DNA of 64,000 bases from Octopus sinensis (Eukaryota). A model generated the notes under the pieces. The model saw only the letters and a program-made list of their open reading frames with translations, made no database searches and was not told where the DNA came from. A program made the translations under genes and the position numbers. The DNA lies in assembly GCF_006345805.1 (NCBI RefSeq), contig NC_043026.1:2418001-2482000 (forward strand). The letters are read 5' to 3'. Of the stretch, positions 12,761-25,316 are shown piece by piece (within the stretch, counting starts at the first letter, position 1; each line of letters begins with the position of its first letter).

Positions 12761-13480
12761 ATACAAAATAAGAAAATGGAGGAATACACTTTAATCAATA
12801 ATCAACTACCAGGTAATACCCATTTACATAATTTATTAACCAACTACATAGGAACATCAAGATCAAACACAATAATACAGAACAAAACAGTGCACATCAA
12901 TGAGTAATATGATACAATAAGTACAATACGTATAAATAAATATAAATAAATATAAATATAAATATAAATTAGATCTTACAGCTGTTTCAGCCATGTAGAT
13001 ATGAATATCTCATTATGCTCATATTAGCCAGGTGTGTTAAGGTAATATGTGGTTATAAATGAGATACTTATATATATATCCCAAGGCCTCTTCAGAGATT
13101 ATAAAGTACAATTCAAATATGAATATAAGAGAAGGTACACATATACAAGAATGAGTACATATACATAATATGTAATATATACATACATATAAGTGTATAT
13201 ACACATGCACCTACATATATATAAGTATATACATAATAATATACATACATATAAGGTTACAGTTAGTCAAATCAATATATTAGAATATACATTCTATTGT
13301 GTTTGATCTTGATGTTCCTATGTAGTTGGTTAATGAATTATGTGAATGGGTATTATCTGGTAGTTGATTATTGATTAAGGTGTATTCCTCCATTTTCTTA
13401 TTTTGTATTATGAATTTGAGGTAAAACATTTTACCTTTGCCCATATAATACAATAAATGAATTAATTGCATCGCAATTAT
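12761..13480. mobile_element. Penelope-like non-autonomous element: about 113-bp inverted repeats around a hammerhead
   Basis: 12761-12874 is the reverse complement of about 13293-13407; hammerhead at 12973-13099; homologous blocks at 51650-52030 and 56790-57230; both ends lie in (TA)n. Confidence 0.65.
12973..13099 (-). ncRNA. Type-I hammerhead motif with about 100-nt stem II insert
   Basis: Minus strand ATCT-CTGAAGA-GGCC...GGCT-GAA-AC(agct)GT-A-AGAT; palindromic AGCT loop, GUA triplet, G-U wobble at the base of stem II. Confidence 0.7.
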
Positions 13481-13515
13481 ATATTATGTATATATATATG
13501 TACATATATATATAT

Positions 13516-13571
<56 letters not shown>

Positions 13572-14467
13572 CAACTAATAAGGGTGAGAAAATTGGATAC
13601 TAATTTAATAGTACCATCAATTTAACACCAAGTGGCTTAGTGCATAAAAACCAGGAATACAATAAATTTTATACGTAAATATAAGAGAGTAACCACTATA
13701 TATATATATATATATATGTATATATGAATAAATAAATGAAGTTAACGCAGGTGTAATCAAATATTTTTACTTTCGACACATGTTTCGAAAATTCCACTGA
13801 TACTATTCAAAGGAATACTTGTGAGATTTTTGCTACCCTAGTAACTATTTATTTATTTTTTCCATGTTAATTGATAACAAGGTAAAAATACACTCATCTA
13901 TTTATAAATAAATATATACACACACACACACACACACAAATTTGCACCCAATTTCTGTATACTAAACTCCCATACAAAGTCTTGCTTAGCCCAGGGCTAT
14001 AGTAGAAGACACTTGCTCAAGGTGCCACACAGGGGGACTGAACATGAGACCATGTATTTATAAACCAAACTTCTTAGCTACACAGCCACACCTGCACCTA
14101 CAAGGGGAAGTAAGTATGCAAAAAGACGTTACAGAAAATCCAAATTAAGCCAAAAATGGCCAAACATTCTTCTTTCAAACAGCTCTGAATGGAATTTCTT
14201 TCTTTAAGTTAATTTCACCCTTTAGCATTTAAACTGACCTTTTCCAGCTAAAATATTCTACCTGTTTAATATTTAAACAGACCAGATCTGACCTTTCATG
14301 CCATCTTTGCAATATCATTTTAAAAATTAACATTTGCCTCTACAAAATCTCAAAGCTACAAGATAATGGAGGATTAATACAAAACAATGGAAATAGATAA
14401 GAATTACTTTTGACAGAATAATATGAATGTTAAAACGTTAAATGCCTCTAAATTTCTTTATTATTAA

Positions 14468-14576
14468 CCTTTAGCACACTGCATTTGTCTTTAAAATTGT
14501 TTCCCCTGCCACTCTCCTGTTACTACAGGGGAGATAACTCATATAGTGACGTAATGCACTATGAGTGTTCTAAAGG
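14468..14576. mobile_element. Short piggyBac-like MITE
   Basis: TTAA|cctttagcacact ... agtgttctaaagg|TTAA; 13-bp TIR with 1 mismatch. Confidence 0.7.
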
Positions 14577-14589
14577 TTAATTTTCTAAA

Positions 14590-14805
14590 ATAATCCTTTC
14601 TACTAAAGGCACAAAGCCTGAAATTTTGGGGGAGAGGACCGGTCAATTATATTGACTCCAGTATGTAACTGGTATGTAATTTATCAACCCTGAAAGGATG
14701 AAAGGCAAAGATGACCTCAGCTGAATTTGAACTCAGAATGTGAAGACAGACAAAATACCACTAAGCATTTCGCCCAGTATGCTAACGATTCTGCCAGCTC
14801 ACCAC
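14590..14805 (-). mobile_element. tRNA-derived SINE family E
   Basis: Minus strand gagctggcagaatcgttagc...ttctgagttcaaattc...ctttcatcctttc; further copies at about 22230, 26700, 43555, 47670, 49545. Confidence 0.8.
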
Positions 14806-15319
14806 ATTTGCCACCTTTTCCAAAATATTCATCATCAGCAGTCAATAATTGCAGGGGCCTGACTAGCTGCTGCCAGTTTGTACTAGTTACTGTTGAGGCA
14901 TCAGGGGTTTCTAAAACCCTGTGTGACTGATCTCCTCTGCAAAATCAGGATAACAGTGGCCCGTCTGAGAAATGACCCCTGTATGGCAGAGAGGCTGTTG
15001 CAGTGAAAGCTGCTGGCCATTCTCCACAACAACAGCATCACAGTGATTACCGAGGGACATGGTTGAGCACACCATTTGTTCAGGAGGTGTATGTGACCCC
15101 ATTGCCTCTTCTCGCTCCATCTTCTGCTGCTTTACTCCCCACCCTTTTTCTTTTCTTCCCTTTCACCCCCACTCCATTTCTTTCTCTTTAAATGTTATAA
15201 ATAAATAAAAGAAATTTTATACAAAGAAGAGAAAATCATGCAAAACTACATCAAAAGGACATTTTTTGAAAAAAATTTTTAGATTAAAATTTGTGGTGGA
15301 AGAAAATGAGACACCTTCA

Positions 15320-15900
15320 TTCGATGATTCATGATGCCATTCAGGTTGAGGATCTCTCATTTTTCCGAATATAGTAATAAGATATTATTCTTTACAAACA
15401 AGTCTTGAGGCATAATTTCAAGTGGCTGATACTTTCACAAGTTTTCTCATGGTCATTTCTTGATTCGGAGCATGTGTTTTTATTGTAGAATGTTTCAAAA
15501 GGGCTGATTAATCCATTGAAAGTCAAGAAAAAATACTTTGCATTGACTTATGTGTATCATCGCTTGAGATAAAACTAGATTTAGTTTGTGGGCAAAACAG
15601 TGTAAGAGAAAAATAGTTGAATCCTCCTTGTTACATTGTTTACGCAGGTCATTTAACTCATTCAATTCTCTTGCTATAACAACAACACCATCGTACATAT
15701 GAGTAACTGGTATAATTTCACATTGATATGTTTGTGTACGATTTGTGACAAATGGCTAAAGCACTTCAGCTGTTCTTTTTGTAAAGACAGTATTTTAACC
15801 CTAAGAACCATTCATGTATTTTTTATCCAACAACTGACTTCCAGTGATTGTGTCAGGGATTTTACGAAGCATTACAGACATGAATTTTGAAGGCTGGATT
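15320..15900 (-). mobile_element. hAT (ZMYM1-like) transposase fragment
   Basis: YDGVVVI...HCFAHKLNLVLSQA...SAT*NYASRLV matches the hAT motifs YDGA / HCxAHxLNL / TRWNxxxRL; disrupted by stops and frameshifts. Confidence 0.75.
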
Positions 15901-16127
15901 TGTCTTTCTCCTTTTGTCAAATACAAAAAACTAACGCAGATGGTATGGGATTGTTTTGTTAAGCGTTTTACTGCAAGATTTAATTTTCATGCTTATTAGG
16001 GGCAGGCATGGCTGCGTCGTAAGAAGAAATTTGTTTCCCAATGGCTCTGAGCTGAGTCCCACTGTGTGGCACTTTGGGGTGGAGTATCTTTTATTATAGC
16101 CCTGAGCTGATAAAAATCTTGTGAATG

Positions 16128-16510
16128 GTGGTGGTGTTGGTGATTGTGGTGGTGGTGGTGGTGGTGGTGGTGGTGGTGGTGGTGGTGGTGGTGGTGGTGG
16201 TGGTGGTGGTGGTGGTGTGGTGGTTGTGGTGGTGGTGGCAGTGGTGGTTGCGGTGGTGGTGGTGGTGGTGGTGGTTGTGATGGTGGTGGCGGTGGTGGTG
16301 GTGGTGGTGGTGGTGGTGGTGGTGGTGGTGTGGTTGCGGTGGTGGTGGTTGTGGTGGTGGTGGTGCTGGTGGTGGTTGTGGTGGTGGTGGTGGTGGTTGT
16401 AGTGGTGGTGGTGGTGGTTGCAGTGGTGGTTGTGGTGGTGGTAGTGGTTGCAGTGGTGGTGGTGGTTGCGGTGGTGGTGGTGGTGGTGGTGGTGAGGAGG
16501 AGGAGGAGGA
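16128..16510. repeat. (GGT)n trinucleotide tract
   Basis: Direct observation; produces the poly-Pro/His/Gly/Val/Trp ORFs. Confidence 0.95.
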
Positions 16511-17051
16511 CAATAATGTTGGTGGTAATGATGATGATGCTGATCCGCTGAGACTTGTAGCATTGTCAACGAAGTCTCTTGGCTGCTCTCTTTCCATCAT
16601 ATTTGCTTAGCAAACTCAACAAATTTGACCCTTTGACCCCTGTTTACTGATCCAATGCTCTCATCGTGGCCCTTTAAATCTCTGCTCTGTTTTTACGGAC
16701 AGACTGTATCAATGTAACATTTCATGAGGTCCCTGTTTCTATTAAGAAACTATTTTGATTGGCACAAACTCCCTTTTTATCACTCAACATATTCTCAGCC
16801 CCTAGCTTTACCAAAAGTTTTTAACCCTTTAACATTTAAACCAGCCATATCCAACCAAAGTAATTCTTTTATTTATTTCAGTCATTTGACTGTGGCCATG
16901 CTGGGGCACCTCCTTGAAGAGTTTTACTTGAACAAATCGACCCCAGGATTTTTGGGGAAGTTTAGTACTTATACTATCCGTTTCTTTTACAGGGACATAA
17001 ACACATCAACACCAGTTGTCGAGTGTCCATGGGAGGACACACACACTCACG

Positions 17052-17558
17052 GTAAAATCTATTTGCCAACATAAGGTGGCAGTCCTGCATAGGACCACAT
17101 TATTACCTTTTAACCCCAGAAAAGCATCTTTTCCAGCTAGTTATCAACACACCATCTGTGTCTGAAATATAGTGTGAGCAATGGAGCACACTGTTTCCTC
17201 GAAGCCACTAGCAGCGCTAACAGACCAATGGTTTCGGAGTAATTACCCGTCCTTGGTGCAGGACAACCGCCAGCTAGAGACAGCAGCTTACTCAACCCTC
17301 CTCACAGTAGTGACACAGTCACTGATCTCATAATGAGGAAAACAGCAAGTTTTGAATCTCTGAATGAGATTTAAGTAGTAACTATACTGTTGGTACTGCT
17401 AGTGGCTGGGAGGGAGTAGTACGTTCCCTTGCTCACACTGTATTTCAGACACAGATTGTGTACCAATAACCAGCTGGAAAAGATGTTTTCCTGGGGTTAA
17501 AAGGGAGTAACATGGTCCTACACAGGACTACCACCTTACATTGGCAAATAGATTTTAC
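17052..17558. mobile_element. MITE with about 170-bp terminal inverted repeats
   Basis: gtaaaatctatttgccaa...ccactagcag mirrored by ctgctagtgg...ttggcaaatagattttac. Confidence 0.8.
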
Positions 17559-17615
17559 TAAGAAATAATTAGAACTAAGATCTCATTCAGAGATTTAAAT
17601 CTGGCTGTTTTACTC

Positions 17616-17654
<39 letters not shown>

Positions 17655-17864
17655 AGGTTATAAGAGGTAATGGTGTCATTGAGACCCAAAGGTGTCAGGT
17701 AATGCTGAATAAGTGCTATAGACAGACCATAGTTAAGTTCCAGATTTGGTGATTTTGAGAAAAAGGGGTTCAATGCCTGTCATATGTCAGCGTGTGTACA
17801 TAAGAATTTTTTGTGTAATGAGATAAAAAAACCCAAGGCTGTGTAGATATGAGAACATTTATAG

Positions 17865-18200
17865 ATAGAAGGTCTTACAGCTGCTTGTAGGATATGTATT
17901 GATTATATCCCTTCATCGGAGACGGTGTGAGAGGATGGTTAAGTAATAATTAATTTAGATGGGATATAAAATAGAGAGTGAGGTGGAGGAAAGAAAATAG
18001 ATGTGAGATATGTAGGGATATTGCATTTGTAGATCCATTTTTTAGGCAGAATGGTATATCTGTAAGATTCCAATACCTTATGAGTAAAATCCAACAGTAT
18101 TTAAAATTGGTCGTTTCAAGTATAGAGTTTATACACAGTGTTGTAGAGTGAAAGGTTTTTATTTAAGGTGACCTAAAAGTAGGGAATGTATTGGTAGGGT
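17865..18200 (-). mobile_element. Possible Penelope-like 3' end with degenerate hammerhead
   Basis: Minus strand TLYLKRPILNTVGF resembles the PxLN C-terminus of GIY-YIG; downstream gtct-CCGATGA-agggatat...atatcc-tacaagc-agct-GTA-agac has a damaged core. Confidence 0.35.
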
Positions 18201-19299
18201 CAAATCGAAAAGAGGAAGATAGGAACAAAGAAAGAGAAAAAAAGGGAAAAGAGAGAGAAGAAAGTAAGAAGGAAAGTAATGGAATAATAAAGTAATTTTT
18301 TAAATAAAAAATAAGAATAAAAAACCAGAAGAGAGGAATAAAGGAAAGAAAGAAAAAAGAAACATGAAGATATAGAAAGTAGGAGTGGAGAGATGAAGGG
18401 TGAAAGAAAGAGAAGAAAGGTATTAGAGTGTAAAAAGATAGAAGGAATGGAGAAGGTGGGGTACAGGTAAAGGAGTGATAAATGCCACTCCTTTACCTGT
18501 AACCCCCCCCTTCTCTTTTGCTTTCACATGAGTCTCATGGTCATGCGAGGAGCGGTGTCATTCATTTCCAATCTTCCACAAAAACATGTTCTGCCATGAG
18601 GAAATATTACCATATTAACAAGAGGAGGGGCATCTGGCTATAGAAACTCTGTCTCAGCAGAGTTCTGTGATGTATGTAACCCCTAATGCTTAGACTGTTG
18701 CACTCACAATCGCCACATCCTGGCACTGATTTCCTGAGTGGGCAGCACACTGTGTTCTTGAGCAAAACACTTCATTTCATGTTGCTCCAGCCCCGCTTTT
18801 GATCAGGGGGGTGGGGAATGTTGGCCTGCTTACCTAGCCAGTGGGGTGGCATCATTTGAAGGCTGAAACACTGCAAAAATGCATTGTGACCAGCGATGTG
18901 GTAACAACATGTGATAGCCTGGTCAGTCACATGATATATTCCCTCCAGCATGGGACCTCCATTCTATCATGGGGTTTACACATTTTGCCATATGAATGGG
19001 CTGGGTTGACAGAATTATTGATAAAAGTAAGTTCATTATTTACTGACAGAAGTAACTTCAAACATTTCACTTCAATCTTGAGTTAATTTCCCTAAAAATT
19101 TCTTATTTACTTTTGCAACAGTTTTGTGTTTCTCAGTTTTTAATGGCTTTTTCTGGTTCTTTCGTTCTTTCATTTCAGCCCATACAGTTCTTTATTTTCT
19201 GTAAAAATTTCTTATTTACTTTTGGCCCATTGTATTAAGAAATATAATTTCCATTACTTTCATTGTTTATCTTCTACACCCGTGTATTTCTGTATACTT

Positions 19300-19905
19300 A
19301 TGTAACCATGCCTAGAAGGAAAGAAATTTGTCTGCAATGTCAAGGTCAGCCAAAAGAATGTCTCTGTGCAGGGAAAGAGAGACAGCTGCAGAAAGAGAAG
19401 CATACCAAGAAACGAACAGACCGTGCACTACAAAAGCCAGAGCATCTCAAAGTGATGAACAGAGGTATGCATGGCTGACAAGGAATAGGATCTCCACTGC
19501 AGAACGAAGAGCAGTTGCAACAGCTCAGAGAAGCAACTTCTATGAAGCAGCTTTCAATTATGATCCAGCAGTTCATTGTGCAGGTGACACTAGAGTTTGC
19601 ATTGGTGCAATGACAGCTGAGTGCATCCACTGCAGAGCAAGGAAGTAGCCTGGAGAGACACCTGCACTGTGCTGCAGTGGTGGAAAGGTTCAACTCCCTG
19701 CAATCCCCCAACCTCCAGAGCCAATGAAGAAACTGTTGTCATCAACTGACCAAGATTCCAAGCAATTCCAAAACAAAATTAGACAATACAAAGCTGCACT
19801 ACAGATGACATCATTTGGAACCACAAGAGATTTATCTGATCCAGGATTCAAGCAAACTTTCAAGATCCAAGCTCAGATTTATCGTCGGATTGGCTCTCTA
19901 CAACC
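19300..19905 (+). mobile_element. Helitron RepHel N-terminal fragment
   Basis: IGAMTAECIHCRARK*PGETPALCCSGGKVQLP...PPEP...IRQY...QMTSFG...TFKIQAQIYRRIGSLQP; truncated by a V-type SINE at about 19905-20010. Confidence 0.85.
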
Positions 19906-20059
19906 TCTGCCACTCAGCTGGCAAAAATGAGTAATGCTGCGATGGACTGGTGACCCGTCCAGCTGGGGAACACATACGCCATAGAAACTGGGAAACCGGC
20001 TAGGCTTTAAAGAAAGGGCGCATTTATTTTTATATATATATTTTTTTTCTTTTATTGGT

Positions 20060-21200
20060 TTCAACTCAAAACTAAGGCCTTTTGGGGGCACCACCATTCT
20101 GCTACACTGTTATTATTGAGAGCCTCCTCTGCTATGTGGCATTTGGTGAATAAGGGAGTTAGATGTCACAGCCCTCAATTGCACCCCCTGCTATGAGGTA
20201 GTTTCATCTGGGACTCTTCACAGGAAGAGAGCCAATTCTGTTTTGAAAACACCTACATCGACTTTGTGTAGGTCTCTCAGGCTCTTTGGGAGAATATTAA
20301 AAAGCTGTGGGCCCTTAAAACACAGGTTATTGCAGTAACTAGTCCAGTTTTGGGATCTTTAGCACGGTGCAGTGGTGACCTGTTTTGGCATTTGTGTAGC
20401 TTTTAATGCCAAAATTCAGTCCAATCCCTTCCAGAACCTTCCAGATGCATCTTATTGCATACCTCTCCTGCCTTCACTCCAGTGAGTAGAGTCTCAGCTG
20501 TTTCAGCCTTTCCCACTAGCTGAGCAGTTGCAGTGAGATGATCTCCTTTGTGTAGCTTCACTGGATTGCTTCAAGGTCTGCTGTTAATTTTACACTGTGT
20601 GGTGGCCATAATCGGGAGCAGTAGTCTAGGTGACTGAGGACAAATGTCCTCCAGGAGACTATAGTGGTTTCCTCTGAAGGACAGATGTCCCCCAGAGGAC
20701 CATCAGGGTTTCCTTCACTCTCTGGTTCTGAAGGTTCTCAGGATCCAGCCAGCCAGCTGTCTGCACTTTGTCACCATCTTGTTAATGTGAGCCTGGAAAG
20801 AGGTATCATCACTCATGTCTATACCCAAGTCACACACTGATTTAGGTTTTGGGATTGTAATCCCCGCTAGGCCAGTGTACACTGTATGTTTTTCATTCAG
20901 TTTTGAGGGCTGGTAGCATAAGGCTTGGAATTTTCCAGCATTAAACTGCATTTTATTGTCCTCAGCCCATCTGTAAATTGCATCCAACTCCTTCTGCAGG
21001 CATGCAACATCACCAGGGTTTAGTATTTTGTGTAAGATTTTTGTCTCGTCTGCATATCTAGCAAGGGTGGCTATCTGGGCAGCTGGGGGCATATCTGAGA
21101 GGGTCACTATGAAAAGCAGTGGTCCTAAGACAGTGCCCTGTGTAACACCACTCATTATTTGTGTTTCCTTTGAGGTGGCACCATTGGTCACCATTGCCTG
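20060..21200 (-). mobile_element. CR1-clade LINE, 5'-truncated (RT C-terminal half and 3' UTR)
   Basis: SGVTQGTVLGPLLF...YADE...MQFNAGKF...DLGI...WILRTF; GPQLFNILPK near the 3' end. Confidence 0.9.
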
Positions 21201-21329
21201 ATTTTTATCTTTCAGGAAGTCATGTAACCACTCTACAAGTTATCCAGCTATGCCAAGATCACACAGTTTGGGGCATATCATACCATGATCAACTTTATCA
21301 AAATATATATATGTATACAGAGATATTAT

Positions 21330-21565
21330 CATCATCATCATCATCATCATCATCGTTTAACATCCATTTACCATGCTGGCGTGGGTTGGATGGTTTGACT
21401 GAAATCTGGAGAGCCAGTGGCTGCCCCAGACTCCAATCTGATCTGGTAGTGTTTCTACAGCTGGATGCCTTCCTAACGCCAACCACTCCAAGAGTGTAGT
21501 GGGTGCTTTTTACATGCCACCAGCACAGGAGCCAATTAACGGGTACTGGCATTGGCCACGTTTGA
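21330..21565 (-). mobile_element. RTE LINE 3'-UTR fragment
   Basis: (cat)n followed by the reverse complement of the RTE tail. Confidence 0.85.
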
Positions 21566-21575
21566 ATATGTATAC

Positions 21576-21679
<104 letters not shown>

Positions 21680-22708
21680 AAAGTAACTAACTGAGAAAAA
21701 GAGATCCTTGAAAGGGATGTGTTAAACATCCAATTCACTGGTACTTCAGTTGAATACCATTTAAATATTGGTATATGCCTGCATGTATGAATGAATGTAC
21801 ATATGTATGTATGACAGGCTTCTTTCAGTTTCTGTCTACCTTATCTACTCACAAGATTTTGGTAAGCCCGTGGCTATAGAAGATACTTGCCCAAGGTGCT
21901 ATGCAATGGGACTGAACCCAGAACCATATGGTTGGGAAGCAAACTTATTACCACCCAACCATACCAGCACTTACCAGATTTAAGGAAATGTTTATCCAAT
22001 GCAAAGAAAGATTTTCTGGTATTTATGGATCTTACGTGTAATCCGAACACCAGATTAATCCATAAGAAGCTACCTTTATTAGACTTATTATCACGTTTAA
22101 TGTAATTGTTACCATTCTTGGTAGATTATGCAGATTAAAGGAGGAATTTCTATTCCTATTTCGATCTTCCTTACTATTTGGATTTCTTTTCATTTCACTG
22201 CTACTTTATCAAACTTGAAAAGATGAAGAGCAAAATTAACCTTGGCAGGATTTGAACTCAGAATGTAAGGAGTCAGAGGAAATACCACAAGGCATTTTTC
22301 AGATGTCCTAACAATTCTTCCAATGCTGCCATGATCATAAAGATCTTAAATTTTTATTTCACTATCAGACATTTTAAGTTTACATCTTTCCCTTCCCCAA
22401 TGCTCTCCCAATGATTTTCACCTTTTTTATGTTCACTAACATAATTAACTCAATACCTTTTTGCTCTTTCTTTATTTTCATTTTTTCATTGATTAGCTAT
22501 ACTATCATTAAGTTTATATCTTTTCCGTTCATTGTATTCACTACTGGCCAATGAAGCATTGAAGTACCCAGGAGGGGAATTAGATACTGCTTCAGTTGCA
22601 GACTACTTGCAAATTCTATTCAACACGCTTTCTATTATTCTTCTAAATAATGGATGCAAAGTGATTGGATTTTTTATTCATATACCTTAGATTTTTGAAT
22701 ATATATAT

Positions 22709-22709
<1 letters not shown>

Positions 22710-22740
<31 letters not shown>

Positions 22741-23045
22741 TTAACGTCCGTTCTCCATGCTAGCATGGGTTGGATGGTTCGACCAGGGTCTGGTAAGCCA
22801 TGGAGGCTGCACCAGGCACCAGTCTGATCTGGCAGTGTTTCTACAGCTGGATGCCCTTCCTAACGCCAACCACTCCGAGAGTGTAGTGGGTGTTTTTTAC
22901 GTGCCACTGGCACAGGGGCCAGATGAGGCTGGCAAACGGCCACAATCGGTTGGTGCTTTTACGTGTCATCGACATGGATGCCAGTCAGGCGGCGCTGGCA
23001 ACTGCTACGTTCGGACGGTGCTTTTTACATGTTACTGGCACAGGT
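22710..23045 (-). mobile_element. RTE LINE 3'-UTR fragment
   Basis: (cat)n ttaacgtccgttctccatgctagcatggg... with the repeated gtgctttttacgtg sub-units. Confidence 0.85.
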
Positions 23046-23072
23046 ATATATATATTCTCTCTCTCTCTTTCG

Positions 23073-23172
23073 NNNNNNNNNNNNNNNNNNNNNNNNNNNN
23101 NNNNNNNNNNNNNNNNNNNNNNNNNNNNNNNNNNNNNNNNNNNNNNNNNNNNNNNNNNNNNNNNNNNNNNNN
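23073..23172. other. Assembly gap (100 N)
   Basis: Run of N. Confidence 1.
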
Positions 23173-23898
23173 GATATACCTATTATAATGGGTAATACTA
23201 CATGTGCTTTTCATATCTTTTATGTTGTGATGTAACTCTTTGGACTAACATATATACATTTATATATATCATCATCATCATTTAACGTCCGTTTTCCATG
23301 CTGGTATAGGTTGGATGGTTTGACTGGGGTCTGGCAAGCCAGGAGGCCACTTCCGAATTCAAACAGACGAATGAGATCTCGTATTCTCCCTCACCCACCC
23401 ACGTGTGTTATTGAGTAAAATTCTACAGAAAAACTGTAGTTTACTATCAGCAAGAGAATTATATTATCAATAATAATAAACAGTAAAATTAATTAATTAA
23501 TTAATAATTAATAATTTTACCAAGTAGTTTGGCATGTTAAAAGAGCCATTTTCGGTAAAACAAAAATTTTTATAATTATGAGTATAATTATAATTAGGGT
23601 TCAGCAAAAAATTCGCTTCACCACATACCGAAATTTAGAAATAGCAGTCAAAACTGGCTATTTCTCTACCATAAGAAAATCTCCCAGACAACAATACTCA
23701 ACAACCCACCTAGGCAAAGAGAAAAAAATAACGAATTCACCCGGCTTTGATTAACTGCAGACACGTTTTGGAGTTATATAGATAAATGCCAGAGCAGATT
23801 TCTGCCCTGACATCCAAAACTTGGAGTTTTATTATGGCAACCAAATAATTGTCACATATTATATTACAGATTTATATATATATATATATATATATACA

Positions 23899-23934
<36 letters not shown>

Positions 23935-23964
23935 CATACATACATACATACATACATACATGTA

Positions 23965-24650
23965 TAAAATCCTTAAATCCTTAAAAATGTTCTAGCCCGA
24001 AGGCCGCGGCCATGCTGGGGCACCACCACTGAATGATTTGTGGCCCTTGGTCAGCAAGGGAGTTCGATGCCGCTACCCGCATCGGTGCCTCCTGTCGTGA
24101 GGTAGGTTCATCTGGGATCCCCAACAAGAAGAGATCCAGTTTCGTTTTAAAGAAACCCACATCCACACCATGCAAGTCTCTCAGGCATTTAGGGAGGATG
24201 TTAAAGAGCTGTGGTCCTCTGAAACCCAAGCCGTTGCAGTATCTGGTCTGAATTTTGATGGTGATGCTGGAATCTTTGGCACCATGCAGTGGCGCCCCGT
24301 TCTGCGGTTGGGGTGGTAACTTTGAATGCCAAGTTTGGGACAAGACCCTCCAGGATTTTCCAGATGTATATCACCGCATATCTCTCGCCTCCGCTCTAGG
24401 GAGAAGAGCTTTAATACTTTCAGTCTTTCCCAGTAGCTGATATTTTGCATTGAGACGATTTTCTTTGTGTAGCTTCTTTGAATTGCTTTGAGTTCTGCTG
24501 TTAGTTTTATATTGTGTGGTGACCATAGTTGGAAGCAGTAGTCCAAGTGGCTGAGGACGAAAGTTTTCCATAGGACCATCAGTGTCTCCTTCTCTCTTGT
24601 TCTGAAAGTTCAGAGAATCCATCCAGCTAGCCGTCTGCATTTTATCACCA
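23965..24650 (-). mobile_element. CR1-clade LINE 3' fragment, less decayed copy
   Basis: LWKTFVLSHLDYCFQLWSPH...IQRSYTK...YWERLK.L.LFSLERRRE; GPQLFNILPKCLRDL; tail (ttaagga)n. Confidence 0.9.
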
Positions 24651-24654
24651 GATT

Positions 24655-25039
24655 AGTATACTCTTTTACTCTTTTACTCTTTTACTTGTTTCAGTCATTT
24701 GACTGCAGCCATGCTGGAGCACCACCTTTTAGTACTTATTCTATCGGTCTCTTTTTGCCGAACCGCTAAGTGACGGGGACGTAAACACACCAGCATCGGT
24801 TGTCAAGCAATGCTAGGGGGACAAACACAGACACACAAACACACACACATATACATATATATACATATATACGACAGGCTTCTTTCAGTTTCCGTCTACC
24901 AAATCCACTCACAAGGCATTGGTCGGCCCGAGGCTATAGCAGAAGACACTTGCCCAAGATGCCACGCAGTGGGACTGAACCCGCAACCGTGTGGTTGGTT
25001 AGCAAGCTACTTATCACACAGCCACCCTCCTGCGCCTAT
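24655..25039 (-). mobile_element. SINE family A, full length
   Basis: Head, internal microsatellite and (aagagt)n tail all present. Confidence 0.9.
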
Positions 25040-25281
25040 GTATACATATATATAAACTTACTTCAAAATGGATGCATGGTGTTCAATTAAATAATGATAT
25101 AAATATATATATGGTGTGTGTTATATATATATATATATATAATTATATATATAATATATATATATATATGTATATGTATGTGTTGTGTATATATATATAT
25201 ATATATATACATATATGTATATATAGGTAAAACTTACTTGGAAATGGATGCATGGTGTTCAATCACATAATAATATAAATA

Positions 25282-25316
<35 letters not shown>

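Noticed and set aside
15931-16600. Poly-Pro/His/Gly/Trp ORFs
   Set aside because: (GGT)n tract open in several frames on both strands; no flanking coding context.
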